Shown here: one piece after another, positions 39,258 through 52,883 of the stretch
Position numbering within the stretch: position 1 is the first letter of the stretch
Layout: each line of letters opens with the position of its first letter
NCBI RefSeq assembly: GCF_018977255.1
Contig: NW_024704743.1
Location: 31,312,001-31,376,000 of the forward strand
Origin: Callorhinchus milii
Lineage: Eukaryota
Reading direction: 5' to 3'
DNA: 64,000 nt
Position numbers and translations under genes: made by a program
The notes under the pieces: model-generated
The model's input: the letters and a program-made list of their open reading frames with translations, nothing else
What the model was told of the DNA's origin: nothing
Database searches by the model: none

Positions 39258-41160
39258 CAACAACAACAACAACAAGATTCCATTTATAAAGCGCCTTTCA
39301 CGTCAGGAGGACGTCCCAAGGCGCTGCACAGTTGGGTCATGACCCGAGCAGGGGGGAAATGGTCAGGGTGAGGGGAGGGGAGGGAGCGAGGAGGGGGGAA
39401 ATGGTCAGGGTGAGGGGAGGGAAGGGAGGGAGCGAGGAGGGGGAAATGGTCAGGGTGAGGGGAGGGATGGGAGGGAGCGAGAAGGGGGAAGAGAGTCGAG
39501 AGGGGAGCTGAAGGCTCGGTCAAAGAGAAAGGTTTTGAGACCGGCCTTGAAGGAGGAGAGGGAGGAGGCAGCGAAGGCACTGGGGGATAGAGTTCCAGAG
39601 CCTCGGGGCTGAGAGGCTGAAGGCCCGACCACCGATGGTAGGGCGATTGGGGCGGGGGACGTGGAGCAGACCGGAGCCAGAGGAACGGAGGGTACGGGCA
39701 GGTAGGTAGGGGGATAGTAGGTTGGAGAGGTAGGAGGGAGCAAGGCCGTGAATGGCCTTGTAGGTGAGGATGAGGATCTTGAAATCAATCCTCTGGGGGA
39801 TGGGGAGCCAGTGGAGGCGAGCGAGGGTGGGAGTGATGTGGTCCCGAAGCCTGGTGCGGGACAGTACACGAGCTGCAGAGTTCTGAATGACCTGCAGCTT
39901 GTGGAGGGAGGTGGCGGGAAGGCCGGCGAGGAGAGAGTTCCCATAGTCCAGCCTTGAGGTGACAAAGGCGTGGACCAGGGTTTCAGCAGCGTGAGGGGTG
40001 AGGTAGTGCCGTAGTCTGGCGATGTTCCGGAGGTGATGGAAGGCGGTGCCAGTTGTGGTGCGGATGTGAGGGAGAAAGGACAGCTCAGGGTCGAACAAAA
40101 CGCCGAGGTTCCTGACTGGCTTTGAGAGGTGGAGAGTGCAGCCTTGGATGCTGATGGTGTCAGCGCCTGAGGTGCGGAGGCGCTGACGTGAGCCAATCAG
40201 GAGGGCCTCGGTTTTTCGCACGTTGAGCTGAAGAAAGTTGTCTCTCGTCCAGGACTCGATGTCGGACAGGCTGTCAGGACATCGGTGGTCGTGGAGTTGA
40301 GAGTAGAGGAGGAAAGGTAGAGTTGGGTGTCATCCGCATACATGTGGAAGTTAACTCCATGTCTGCGGATGATGTCACCGAGGGGGAGCATATAGAGGGT
40401 GAAGAGGAGGGGACCGAGGACAGAGCCCTGAGGGACTCCACATGAGACAGTACGGGGGGTGGAGGAGAAGCCATTCGTCGAGACAAAGTGAAGACGGTGA
40501 GAAAGGTACGACCTAAACCACTCAAGGACAGTGCCTTGAAGGTTGAGGTGGGAGGACAAGCGGTGGAGTAGGATAGCGTGGTCGACCGTATCGAATGCTG
40601 CCGATAGGTCGAGGAGGACGAGGAGGCAGAGGGAGCCCTGGTCACAGATGGTCAGGATATCATTGGTGACCTTGACCAGGGCAGTTTCTGTGCTATGGGC
40701 AGCACGGAAACCTGACTGAAGGGGTTCGAAAAGAGAATGGGTGGAAAGGAAAGAGCGCAGTTGGGAGGCGACAACTCTTTCCAGGACCTTGGAGAGAAAG
40801 GGGAGGTTGGAGATGGGCCGGTAGCTTGATAGCTGCGACGCATCAAGGGAGGGTTTTTTCAGGGTGGGCGTGATGGTGGCAGTTTTTAAGGGAATGGGGA
40901 CAGAGCCAGAGGAGAGGGACAGGTTGATGATGTCGGTGATATGTGGGGCAAGAAAGTGGAGCTGGGAGATAAGGAGTGGAGTGGGGATGGGGTCAAGGGA
41001 GCAGGTGGTTGGTTTTAGGGATAGGATGAGTTTCGTGACAGAGGGTGGGGAAACGGGTACAAAAGTGAGTAGGGGAGGATGGGTAGCAGTCGGAGTGTGG
41101 GAGTGAGGGGGTGGGGGGTTGGTGGATGTTGGAGGGGAAGTGACCGCGGAGCGAATTCCC
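39258..41160 (-). mobile_element. Young 5'-truncated L2 LINE (~1.9 kb) with near-intact reverse transcriptase
   Basis: ORFs 40197-41279 and 39520-40221 contain [49 protein letters not shown] and HITPTLARLHWLP. Frameshifts near 40270 and 39570; CpGs retained; (AAC)n tail with intact stem-loop. Confidence 0.95.
39345..39500. repeat. G-rich tandem repeat inside the L2 3' UTR
   Basis: gggg(g)aaatggtcagggtgaggggaggg occurs three times, separated by short purine spacers. Confidence 0.85.
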
Positions 41161-42354
41161 TTGATAAACTCCTCAGTAGCTTCATCTGCCAGTTTATCTG
41201 GAATTTCCTGCAACAAGTAGCACAACAGCACCACCTGGCACCACCTGGCAAACAGACCAGTTCGCAAAAGTGAATCCACAATTAGGGGGGAACATAGCCT
41301 AAATGAAGAAATAAGTGAGTTTCGATCTGTAAAATGTACTGCAGTACTGCCAGGTGCCCATATGGGATTATCATCTGAAGGGAATCTCTTTTTGAAAGCT
41401 TCCCTTCATCTTGCTATAGTTTCTATTTAACAGTATTACCAACCTAAATCTGCAGTGTCACTTTGCCAAACTGCTTCAGCTTGGTCTTGAAGCGAGTTTT
41501 TTTTCCAAACAAATCAAAGTGTGTTTTGTATATCATATGCGGGAGAGCAGAAGATTTGAAACGTCAGGGCTTGCAAGAGACATTTTGAAAGCAGTATTCA
41601 AGGCTGCTCAGAACTTAATTAAAAACGTAACTCTTTTAAGACCTACTCTGGGTGGTTGTTTAGTCTTGCACTATTTACCTGGTAAACAGTACATTTCAGA
41701 TGGAGTAGCTCTTAAAGCAACAACAATAATTGATAACTCCCTAAAGAAACACTTTCACCTATAAATAATTCAGTTCTTGCAACAACATTCCTATTTTCCA
41801 TTTCCAATACCAGTATAATGAGCCCTTCACCTATCCAAGACAAATTTGTACTCGTTATTTACTATTAGTTTGAAACTTGAAAATCTCCTTTAGTTATCCA
41901 CCTCAAAACCTGCAATGTCTGCCTCTTTCAAACATAAAGCTGAAGGATTGTAAATTTAAAAGTATTTTATAAGACCAGCCTCCAATTTGATGCACTGAAT
42001 AAAATATGTGTGGAAATTTGGACAGGTTTCACTTTCATCAAAGCTGTATGAATGTATTTATGCACACATTAGAACAATCTGCAGTCAATAAAGTACCACG
42101 CATTACGTGTTTTAATGCAGCTCTCACTCATGTGAAGCCATCCACCCAACAAGCTATCAAGCATTAACTCTCCATTAGTTGCCAATTCTCTCCCGCCCAA
42201 TTTATACTGCCTGCAGCACCATGAATCGGCAACAAATATCATCGCAAATTCCAGCATCCAAAACTGTTTGCATTATGACCAATTTGAAACTATTTTACAG
42301 CATACTGGTGCAAAATGTGCAGTTCACCTGAATGAGTTTTAATCCCCAAATCCC

Positions 42355-43370
42355 GTCGGGAGCAAGTCCCAAGGTGCTGGACACACAGATTTACGGACCT
42401 GAGCTAGGGGAGATTGAAAGCACGGTCGAAGAGGAGGGTCTTGAGATGAGTCTTGAAGGTGGCGAGAGAGGGGGCGAGACTGAGGGACTGCGGGATGCAG
42501 TTCCAGAGGGTGGGGGCAGAGTGGCGGAAGGCCCGCCCGCTAATAGTGGGGCGAGCAAGGCGGGGGACGGGAAACAGGCCAGAGCCTACTGAGCGGAGGG
42601 AGCGAACAGGTTGGTAGGGGGTTAGGAGGTCGGAGAGGTAGGGGGGAGCAAGACCATGGAGGGCTTTGAAGGTGAGGACTGGGATCTTGAACTGTATCCT
42701 CTGTGTGATGGGAAACCAGTGGAGTTGGGCAAGGATGGGGGTAATTGGGTTGCGGAGCCTAGTGCAGGAGAGGACATGGGCTGCAGAGTTCTGGATGGTC
42801 TGCAGACTGTAGAGGGAGGAGTTGGGGAAGTCGACAAGCAATGAGTGTCGGAGCCGGGCGATGTTGCGGAGGTGGGGGAAGACAGAGCAGGTCATGGCAC
42901 GAATGTGGGGTAGAAAGGATAACTGAGGATCAAACAAGACCCCAATGTTCCGGACTGGCTTAGCAAGGTGGAGTGTACAACCATGGATGGTGATGCTGTC
43001 GGCGCCTGAGGTGAGGAGGCGCTGACAGGAGCCAATCAGGAGAGCCTCGGTCTTGTTGATGTTCAACTGAAGAAAGTTTTCTCTTATCCAGGACTTGATG
43101 TCTGACAAGACAGTCTGTCAGCACAGCAGTGGTCCTGGAGTCAAGGGTGGAAGCAGAGAGGTAGAGTTGGGTGTCATCTGCATACGTGTGTAAGTTGACC
43201 CCGTGTCTGCGGATGATGTCACCAAGAGGGAGATATTGAAGAGGAGGGGACCAAGGACAGAGCCCTGAGGAACACCACACGAGACGGTGGGAGGAGAAGC
43301 CGTTAAGTGCAGGCGGTGTGAGAGGTACGATCTGAACCAGTCAAGGACAGCGCTGTGGAGGTTAAGATGA
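42355..43370 (-). mobile_element. 5'-truncated L2 LINE
   Basis: Translations [16 protein letters not shown] and [25 protein letters not shown]...FKTHLKTLLFDRAF. Confidence 0.92.
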
Positions 43371-43449
43371 ATGCACTGGCTACAGAATGAATAAATACGT
43401 TTCTGACTCTTTTACACTACTTCTATGAATCAATCTAATGAAAGCTATA

Positions 43450-43813
43450 AACAATAATAATACGTGCATTTGATATAGTGCTTCATAAAGTCGTTGAAAT
43501 GTTTCAAAGTGCTTCACAGAATATATTGTAAAGTGGATTGACTGTGTATTTTGTAAGCGAAATGCGGCCCAACAGTCTCTCACAAACAGTAGTGGATTGA
43601 GTGACAAATATATACTTTGATCTTTTTGAGGGATTATTACCCCTGGAAATCGATCCACCAATCGACTAACAGCCGGGTTCCAATTTATTACTCAGTAAAC
43701 AGAAGTGCGTGAAGCAAGAAAATTTGCCTAAGATTTCACCCCACCCAGGAATCGGACTCAGGTTCACTCACTTGCGAGGCGAGTGAGCTAACCACTGCCG
43801 CTAAGGGACTCCG
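43450..43813 (-). mobile_element. Full-length tRNA-SINE, long form
   Basis: Reverse-complement head ggagtcccttagcggcagtggttagctcac...gagtccgattcctgg; middle block gttagtcgattggtggatc; shared tail. Confidence 0.8.
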
Positions 43814-44705
43814 AACAAATGCTTCTAAAAAGGGAGAAATAGGGAGAGCTTGGCCACAAATTATAAGTGTTACACAAAAAAACTGCTTAGCTGATTTAAA
43901 GATATTAGAAATATATAACCTTATTGTAGATTTAATGGGATAATAAATGCAAATTTATAAAAAGTATAACGTGATAACACAAATCTGTCTAAAATTAGGT
44001 CTAAGAAAGTGGGGAAACAAGGAACATGAATAGAGTCTTGATCACTCCTGCAGAGGGTCTAAGAGTAGCTGTGGGGATTTGATTAAATAGGGTTCTGAAA
44101 TTCATTTGAATAGTAACATTTTCTGATTTAAAATAATATGGCAGCTTGGGCAATCGAAAGCACATTTTTAAAAAAAACGAAAGACCTTACAGTAATTGGA
44201 ATAATATTTCTTTCAGCTCACTGCAATGTGCCTCCCCATGGGAGAATACATTACTGGAGAATATTAACTTGGAATGATTGGCCTTCAGGGGCAAGGGGAA
44301 TCTGAATCTATTTGATCAAATGCAAGGAGTTGTCAAGAAAGCACTTGGGGTGTCGAAATTATGGTTCTTAATGTATGCTGCTGAATAATCAACTAAATGG
44401 GGAAAAGCCTGACACTGCAAAGCATTTCAAGGGGGTCTTTCCCACCCAGAGCTCAGCTACCTTTTTTTTTCCATCACTCTTTTATTTGTTTCTCCTTTTG
44501 TTTGCTCTCTTGCATGCGAGTGGCAAGGAGATGGGCTTAATGAAAAGTATTTGTGTGTGTTGTGTGACTATTAGTAATGGTAAAATAAAGAAGACATTGT
44601 TCCTCTGTAACGCTATTACTGGTACTGGGTGGAAAATCATTCAGAGCTGAATTAAAAATCATTGTCAGCAGGACTTTAGAAGTAGTTCTTGTCTGACAAA
44701 TTTTA

Positions 44706-44780
44706 TACAGTACAGCTCTGTTATAACCCGCTTCATTATAGCACAACTTTGCTTATAATGCAGATGCGTTGTGGATCCTG
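44706..44780 (+). mobile_element. Tigger-like DNA transposon terminus (single end)
   Basis: TA|CAGTACAGCTCTGTTATAACCCGCTTCATTATAGC resembles pogo/Tigger ends; no partner end found. Confidence 0.35.
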
Positions 44781-45149
44781 CTCATTATTCATACTTGAAG
44801 TCGGTCTGTTCGCTTTCCACATGTGCACAGCAAAGCAACAAGTGAAGTTGACAGCATCCATTTTAGATTCTGCGCTAAAAAAAAGGTAAATTTGCACGTC
44901 ATCAGGACCATCTTTAATGTCCCGTTTTACACAAGTACATCGATGAAGACGTTATTCATTTCATGGGTATTTGCGGGACATTGTTGCGCGCAATCAGGTT
45001 GCCACATTCGCTTACCCATGGATACTCCACTCCACCTTAAATCTTGTGAAGCGCTTTGTGACTTGAAAGGCACTATACCCAATGCAAGGATTGAACCCAC
45101 AAACGGATCCTTATGTACCAGATTATAAGGGGCAGCAATGTATTTTTAA

Positions 45150-45450
45150 AGAGACATCCTAAATGGTCAGGGAAAAGTCAATGGAGCATATCTGGACTTA
45201 AAAATGACTTTTGATAATGTATCGCACAAAACACTCTTACATACTGCCAGTTGTTACCAAGTGTAAGACATTTCTGAGGAACAGCAACCAGTAAAAGAAA
45301 AGGAGGCAGAGACTAAACATAAAGGATCTCGGTCAAAGTGGGGTAGGAGGGGGAAAAGGTATCCTGTTTGTGGCATCTCGGAGATCTATAATGCTCATGG
45401 TAAAATAAGTAAATGACTTTGTGCTCATGGTATAAATAAATGACCTGAAT
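45150..45450 (+). mobile_element. Ancient CR1 RT remnant
   Basis: gcatatctggacttaaaaatgacttttgataatgtatcgcacaaa reads approximately YLDLKMTFDNVSHK, like the RT motif YLDFSKAFDKVPH; ataaatgacctg reads INDL. Confidence 0.5.
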
Positions 45451-48109
45451 TCATTCATTTAATAATGTGCTTAGTTATTACACTGGTTAATTTGTACTGT
45501 AGTGCGTAGGACCAGACATTACTTATCAAATAAAAATCCATAATACACAAAGTAGAAAGCTAGTCAGTTTGTTTCAAAATTAATCTATAAACATAAAAAT
45601 ACTTTAGCAGAATTATTTAATTTGCATCCATTTAGGGCTGGATACAATAAAAGACTGTTTGACAAGCAAGCATCTCAATACTGTACTTCAAATTTAATCT
45701 GCAGATAGCATAAAGACTGCAAAAGAATAAGGACAGCAAAAACAGAGGTGGTAATTAACTCAATATCTGAAATACAGGATAACAGCAGATGAGGTGGGAT
45801 GGAGGGAGAGAGAGAAGAACATTGATAGCAGGAACCACATTACTTGCCACTTTAAACTACAATAAATGGCATCCCCCACCAGTGTGGGAAATAACACTGG
45901 ATTGTCTAAAATGGACTTTTAAGCATTTCTCTCATAGGATCAATCCACAGAGCACAACCCCCTTACCCATCGACTATGTTACTAGGTGTTTTCAGGCCTA
46001 CAACTAGTCATTCTATTGCCTTGTTCCTTCAGAGCTCCAAACAAACAGAACATTAACAATTTGTGCCTATTGTGGCGAAGAAGCACAGGAACTAAATTTA
46101 ATGATGGAATTCATAGTCACAGCAAAAACTAAAACAGCATTTGCCTTCTTATTCTTCCACTGAAGTACATTTACATTTTTCTTTCGCAAGATAAATCAGA
46201 TTTTAAGCTGAGCGTACCGAATCCTGCTACTACCACCATCAAAAACAGTTTACAAAATCAGTCATTATAATTGACAATGATTACTTATGAAGCATTTTGA
46301 GTAATTGATGGGATTAAAGTGCTATAAATATAAAAGTCCTCTCCTTCACTAGGACTTCTTTCAAATAAGTGAATATCCTGTAATAAGCAAAATTGTGTCC
46401 TTGCTTCAGTGCAAATTCAATTATACACGGAGGTCATGACATAGGTCTCTGTACGACTGGAGTATTGAATTCTCATTTCCCTTTCAAATTCTGACTTTCA
46501 ATAACTGGAATGTGCAAATAATTTCTAATGTAGAGTATAAGGCCAATTATCCTCCTAAAGCTTAGTTTATTGGAAGATATTTGGATTGTTGGAAGTCTTT
46601 GCCCTTATCTTAATCAGTAAGGGTCAGTGTGCTCCAAATGAAGTCTATTGTGTGTTCCTGCGCATATTCCCAGGGCAATCTTCAAGCATCTGTAAGTTTT
46701 TTTACTTGAACTAAAATGAAAAGCAACCATGTTCCTGTTTTTTAGACGCTCTGAAAAAATAAAAAGCATAGCTGCTTTTCTTTCCACAAAAAGTGAGAAA
46801 TCTATTGACCATAGATCGTCTATGAGCTTTGTGGCCATAGCCATGAAGTAAATGTCCAGTTGGATCTGGATGAATGTTGGCTCGAACACCAAAGGAACAC
46901 CCTTTTCAAATGATGTCAATTGTTCTTATAGTCCACCTGAACAGGTAGACAAGACCTCAGTTTAATATTTTATTCGAAGAATAACACCTCCAACAATGCA
47001 GCGCTTTCCTCTTCTTCCCCCCCACCCACCCCCACCCCACCCAAACATACACAGGGGCAATTTCACATCTTCACCATTCTGTAAAATAGTTCAATCTAAA
47101 TTATCTGTTTACCTTTCCTCTTCTGAGCTGGAGTCCATACCCTCTTGTTGCAGTTTACAACCAACTGTTGCATATCAGGACAGCATGGCACTGATTCCAA
47201 CAGAAAACTGAATTCACTAAACGTTACCAATATTTTTAAAAATCAAAATTGTGTCACTGGAAATCAAAATTATTAACGGTAGTGATCAGTTGCTTGGCCA
47301 TTTTTAGTGACAATGGAACTATCAAGAAGGCTTCCCCTTGCTGTTTTAATAAGATCCAAAAGACTTATCAAACATCGCCTGATGGTACAATAACTAGATT
47401 TTGCAGTTGGGTGAATAGAATATACAGCAGCTCCAGATCTGGAAGAGAGATTGAAACATAAGCTGAATGATTAGTACTATTCATCTGACAATTCATTTCT
47501 TAGTTCATTCAAATGCTAATTTCAACCTACGCTACAGTTGTAAGGACAGAGATGAGTTTGTGTATGATGCCCCAGTTATACTGAACTGAGTGGCACAGCA
47601 TTGGACGCATGCCTATTAGCAGTGTGAGCACACACCCATGGTGGTACAGTCACTCATATCACTGTTGAGTGGGGAAAACCAAGGAGCTCAGCAGCTTCAA
47701 ACTGTTGGTCATATTCTAATAAATGAAAAGAAATGCTATACTAGGATTTTAATGAATGAGAAATTATCTAAGTAGTTGCCCCAATCTGTACCAATATCAG
47801 AGGTCAACATAGTCTGGAAGTCAACTAGAGGTCCTCAGACCATCAGACCACTGTAAAAGATCCATCCTTCCTCCCCACACCCAGTAAAAGATCTGCAGTA
47901 CAACTTGGGTAGCATATCTAAGTTACTTTAGCCATTTAACTGAGTTAAACTGATTACAATTAACATATGAACATGTTTTAAGTTAGCATAGCAATAATAA
48001 AGACTTAATCAAATATCAAAATGCAGCCGACAATGTATAATAACCAAACAAATGGAAAAAATATTCTTCCAGATAAATTGTATTGGTCCGAATACAAGAC
48101 AACTTCAAC

Positions 48110-48310
48110 TATACAATACAACAACACAAATTTACATTTATATAGCGTCTTTCACGTCAGGAGGTCGTCCCAAAGTGCTTAACAGTAACGGCGAGCACGT
48201 GGGAGCCAAGCAAATGGGTAGGGAAACGATGACCAAAAGCACAGTCAAAGAGGCAGGTCCCAAAACAGACTTTGAACGAGGTGAGGAAGGGAGAGAGTCA
48301 GAGGGACTCC
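48110..48310 (-). mobile_element. L2 LINE 3' end
   Basis: acatttatatagcgtctttcacgtcaggaggtcgtcccaaagtgc tail stem-loop. Confidence 0.75.
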
Positions 48311-48625
48311 AGGAATTATAACAAGAGAAAGAAAAATGTGGGTGTGATGTCACATCTGGCAGGGAATAAAAAGGCTAAATATATTTTTAACAATAACAAA
48401 TTGCATTTGTATAGCCCCTTTCATGTCAGGAGGACGTCCCAAGGTGGTGGATTTATCCCTATGGTACTAATAAGTACTAATTTTAATCCAATCAATTCAC
48501 TGCCGATACTAATACCAAATGACAGTAATTATACTGACGCTAAATCAACTGAAGAAATTCAGCCAATTTGTTACTCTGTATGATAAGTACTACACTGGGC
48601 CTAAAAATAATGAATGCCACTTTAA

Positions 48626-48669
48626 TTCTCTCTCTCTCTCTATGATATATATATATACACACACACACA
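48626..48669. repeat. Compound microsatellite (TC)n(TA)n(CA)n
   Basis: Directly visible: ttctctctctctctctatgatatatatatatacacacacacacag. Confidence 0.9.
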
Positions 48670-48719
48670 GCTTCCGCACTTCTAACATAGTTCCCCTCCC
48701 CACAAGTCCAACCATTACC

Positions 48720-49340
48720 TGCTGATCTCTGTTCCTCAGATCGACAAACGAGTTTGACTTCCACCTCTGTCCATTTCCTGCCCCACCCGCAATGGGCCCA
48801 CGTGTTACCAACCACTCACCACTCGTTTCTCCTCTCTCTTTGACCACCTCCCTGTCTTCTCTCCCTCTTGGACCATCACACAGCTTCCCTCTGCCCCAAC
48901 CTGGCATCCCCCGTCATGCTCATCACAGGATCTCCTGATAGTTGTCCCACAGCAGCTACACCATCCCTCGATGTCACTGCAAGATCACTTGTCCCATCCC
49001 CTGGGAACAAATGTCTCTTCAATATCCACATCCCCATGACTTTTGACTCTCTTTCCACTCTTCCCCCTGCAAAATCTATCGCTGCCCATTCCCTATGCAT
49101 CATCATCCAGAACATCCATTCCCTGACAAATAAAGTGCTAACTGTCCACAATCTCATCCTGCACAAAAACATCAGTACTTAGTTTCATTAAGACCTGGCC
49201 CTTCCCTTCCCAGTTTTAAAGCCCTGAGACTTGTCTCTTTGACAGTTATTTATGATATCTTTTCTTCACCGTTTCCCCCACCCCCAACCCCCCAAGCTCA
49301 GGTGCCTGGCCAACTGTGAAAAACACTTTACGATGTCCTA
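48720..49340 (+). mobile_element. L2 5'-proximal fragment (endonuclease start) joined to an L2 3' end
   Basis: LCIIIQNIHSLTNKVLTVHNLILHKNIS...KTW resembles the L2 APE N-terminus (LQNVRSL..K...ETW). It is followed by ttttaaagccc...ctctttgacag...gctcaggtgc, which matches L2 3' UTR sequence. Confidence 0.6.
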
Positions 49341-49354
49341 CAAATAATAATATA

Positions 49355-49670
49355 TATAATAATCCTTGTATTTGATATAGCACCTTTTCACTTCGTTCAG
49401 AACATCTCAAAGCGCTTCACAGAATTGAATTTTGTGGGCGAAAAGTGGCAGCCAATTGCACACAACAGTGCCTCACAAACAGTCATGGATTGTGTGACTA
49501 AATTATTACTTTTTTAAGGGATTATTACCCCCAGAGAATAATCCGCCAATCAACTTCCAACAGGGTTCCTACTTACTGCTGGGCAAACAGAGGCGTGTGG
49601 AGCAAGGAAACTTGCCTAAAGTTACGCCCCGCCTAGGAATCGATCCAGATCCTCTCGAACCACTACACTA
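49355..49670 (-). mobile_element. tRNA-SINE, long form
   Basis: Tail, middle block (gggttcctacttactgctgggcaaacagaggcgtgtggagcaaggaaacttgcc) and a degraded head. Confidence 0.8.
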
Positions 49671-51829
49671 CAGCACACCACATGTGTCCAAATGTAAAAG
49701 TTGTTATAGAAATGTAAATTGTATCGTATAAACCATTACATAATTGTATTGTATGAGACAACCCTCTCTTTAAATTTTCAGTTAGATTTGAGGGAGAAAA
49801 AATAATGTAAGGTGGTAAAGCAGTAACAAAACTCGGTTTAAATAATAAAATAATAGTATTAATAATAGCATTATTTTATTGCTAATAACACAATTATTAA
49901 AATTACTATTTGGGTAATTTTAATTTCCCTTTAATTTCCTAGCGTTTTTTGTCACACTGTCCCAGCCCTTGCTCTCTCTCTCTCATCCCCCCAAATTCTT
50001 TTTCCCTCTCTCTTGTGCCCTCCCTCCTCTGTAGCTGTTCACTGTACTCATCTCTCTCTTTCTGTCTCTCAGTACGACATTCTAATTTGTAAATTGGCTG
50101 TAAATTGCTTAGAAATACAGTCTTTACACTTTACAGTAAAATTCTGTGAAGAACCTTGAGATGTTGTAACAATATAAATAATTACATTAAATGTCAGGTT
50201 TGCTTATTTTTTTGTTTGTTTGTGTATTTATTTATCTATTGGTCTATTTATTCATCCATCCAATCAATAAATCAATCCATCATCTTCGTGCTGCTTGTAA
50301 AAAAAATCAAAAAGTCCAGTTGTGTGCCTGCACAAGAATCATGAAAACACGCACACATGTGCACCATTGCTAGTATTTTGCAGTTCCACACATTTTTCTG
50401 TATCGTTCAACATTTCTGGATAAAAATAGACATTTACTAATTTATATCCATCAAATATGTCTTGATTACATTAATAAAAGCTTCTACCTGCTACCCTAAT
50501 CAAACCCAAGTCTTCTCACTTTAACTGTCTAATACTTAGTTAGTGGTGTACTATAGCACTATAGCACATATTTGCTGATTATCAAATATTGATCTTTTTG
50601 GTACAGCAGTATCTGAATTTGAAAAGTGAGAGCTATTGATCTAAATACAGATGTTTGATGTCCTGTACTTCATACAACATCAACAACCTGCGTTTATATG
50701 GCACCATTCACGCAGGGTAGCGTCCCAGAGTGCATTATCTTGCTTTATACTTTTTCTTGTTCAAGCATTTCTAACTTTCATCAGGTTTCCACAATTTTTG
50801 CAGCTTTTCACATTTTTAATCACATTAATAACCCAAATCTAAAATAACTGCCAAGTCTTTGCAAGTCCAAAACTTAACTGAATAAATCCACTGCTGCGTA
50901 AGCCTGTGCTTGTCATCATCGACTCTAAAGATCTTACTTTCAATTATTAATGTGCTTTCTAGCGATCTCTGCTGGCAAACAAACAGAAGTAGCTGTGGTA
51001 GCAGTAGTTCTGTGCGAATCCAAGAATTAGAAAAAAAAGCTGAACTCGTATGTAGGTATGGTTTCTAAAAATATATTTATGAAAACCCACAACACTGATG
51101 TACAACTGCTCTACGGATTTAAATTTTTGGATTTTTCAGATGCTCTGCACCTTCAACTGGTGAAACTGTTACTCAAAGGATAGGGATGTATGCCCGAGAT
51201 TTTGGCAGAAAGATGGTAGCAATCTTCTCATGTGTTTCACGCGCAACTGTGCTGCTCATCAGGAAGCTTGCCGAGAGGTCCTTATACCTACCATCCACCT
51301 AGTGAGGGTTCAAACCCGGGCTTGTCGGATGTCAAATGACTATTAATTTTGCAATCCGAAGCCCTATCAGTTTGTTTGGGTAGGACAAATATCTGGACAA
51401 ACAACAGGAAACTTGTCAGACAGTCCTTTCAAAGGCAAGATATACGTTTTTAGCTGGTTACATTCCAGCATTATGCCAATGCATACTCTGGAGGTCCCAA
51501 ACTGTGGCTCTTGCCTAATACTCTCCAGAATAGATAAGCAGGGTGTGTCCCTCTGGGGAGGGATTGCATTCTATCCCAAACACAGGAATTTCCACATGTG
51601 AGCGGTATGAATGGAACTCTATCTGGTTTGGATTCTTAGGCATGGTGCTCAGCTTCTGCATGCATCAGACACCCAGCTGCCAAAAAAAAAATCCCAGCAG
51701 CATGTATAATAGGAAGAGGTTTGGCAGTAGATTGCCATCTTCGTTTCATATGGAGAATGACTTTAAAAATGCAATTATTATCATAAGAAAAAAACAGATT
51801 GGATAAGCCAGGAAAATGATAGGCCACAT

Positions 51830-52140
51830 TCTTGTTAGTAAATTGCTAAAGTCTGTAATACGAGAAGAAATTACTAAGCAATTGGAAGAAAAGTTGGATT
51901 GATGGATTGCTAAAAGGCAAACCATGCTTGGCCAACCTTACAGAATTGTTTGAAGAACATAAAAATGAAATGCCGTTCATTGGTTTGTAGGGATTTTTAA
52001 AAAGATATGACACCTAGAATTAAGTAGAATATGGTCACATGAATAGAGGTGGTAGAAGAAACAAAGGCAAAGAGGAGAAGCAAAATTAAGTTTCTCAAGA
52101 TTGCAATGTTGCAGTAAGTATTATTTCATAGGGGTGTGGG
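51830..52140 (+). mobile_element. Ancient CR1 RT remnant
   Basis: ggattgctaaaaggcaaaccatgcttggccaaccttacagaattgtttgaa reads GLLKGKPCLANLTELFE, like the CR1 motif GF.KGKSCLTNLLEFFE. Confidence 0.55.
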
Positions 52141-52883
52141 CAATTTATTATTTACTTATTATCTGTTTGGGAGAACAGTACTACAGATGAAACAGATAAG
52201 AAACACAGACAACTGTTATACAGTGTTGATACCAAAATAGCCACAGGGGAATGGGGAGTAATGTAGCTGAATAACAAGATGTGTTCTTAAAGACATAAAT
52301 ATCCATTCTCTCAGCTGAACTAGATTCACACTATTACTGCTGACATTTGGAGAATTCATTATTCTTCCAATGACATGATAAAAGATTGTTATTCAGCCCT
52401 TAGAACTATTTGAACCGAAAAAATCTCAAATAGAAGTATGTCAATGCTATAATATACATGTGATGAAGTACATAATCAAATATTGCATAACTGCCACCAG
52501 CTGCCACAATCAATACTTACAGTGTATCACTGGGATTGCATGAATAATACAGCAGTTCAAAATGCAAAATCTTTTACTGATGAGTAAAGTGGTAAATTTA
52601 GCCACCAACTTTTTTTCTGGCATGTGAAGAATGCAAACTATCAAATACACTATTTCTGAAGTTTTACAGATAGATCATAAGGATTACGCTTCTTCCCACA
52701 TGCTTCTATTTCTATGCTAAAATATAGCAGACTTGGAAATCCTGTTCCAAAATCCCAAGGCTAGTTCTGTGCCATTATCCCCTCAAATTGGCACACAGAG
52801 CCTGCTCTATTCTGTATCTCTCCACAGTGCATGCAAAACGTTATACAACACATTATTTCAACAAACTCTCAGGTATCCATCAT

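Noticed and set aside
41226..41252. Tandem ccacctggca resembling a CTCF site
   Set aside because: Only a partial motif match; indistinguishable from a 10-bp microduplication without ChIP data.
40197..41279. 360-aa ORF as a host gene or a domesticated RT fusion
   Set aside because: It is L2 ORF2. The first ~40 residues come from flanking DNA that happens to be in frame, the start codon is non-ATG, and the ORF is frameshifted downstream.
39150..41280. Flanks of the young L2 rejoined read ...[26 protein letters not shown], faintly integrase-like
   Set aside because: The junction choice is arbitrary, a stop follows within a few codons, and no other integrase motifs are visible.
46614..46919. 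101-aa ORF and the many other 60-150-aa ORFs in the track
   Set aside because: No recognisable domains, many non-ATG starts, and lengths expected by chance or from antisense frames of repeats.
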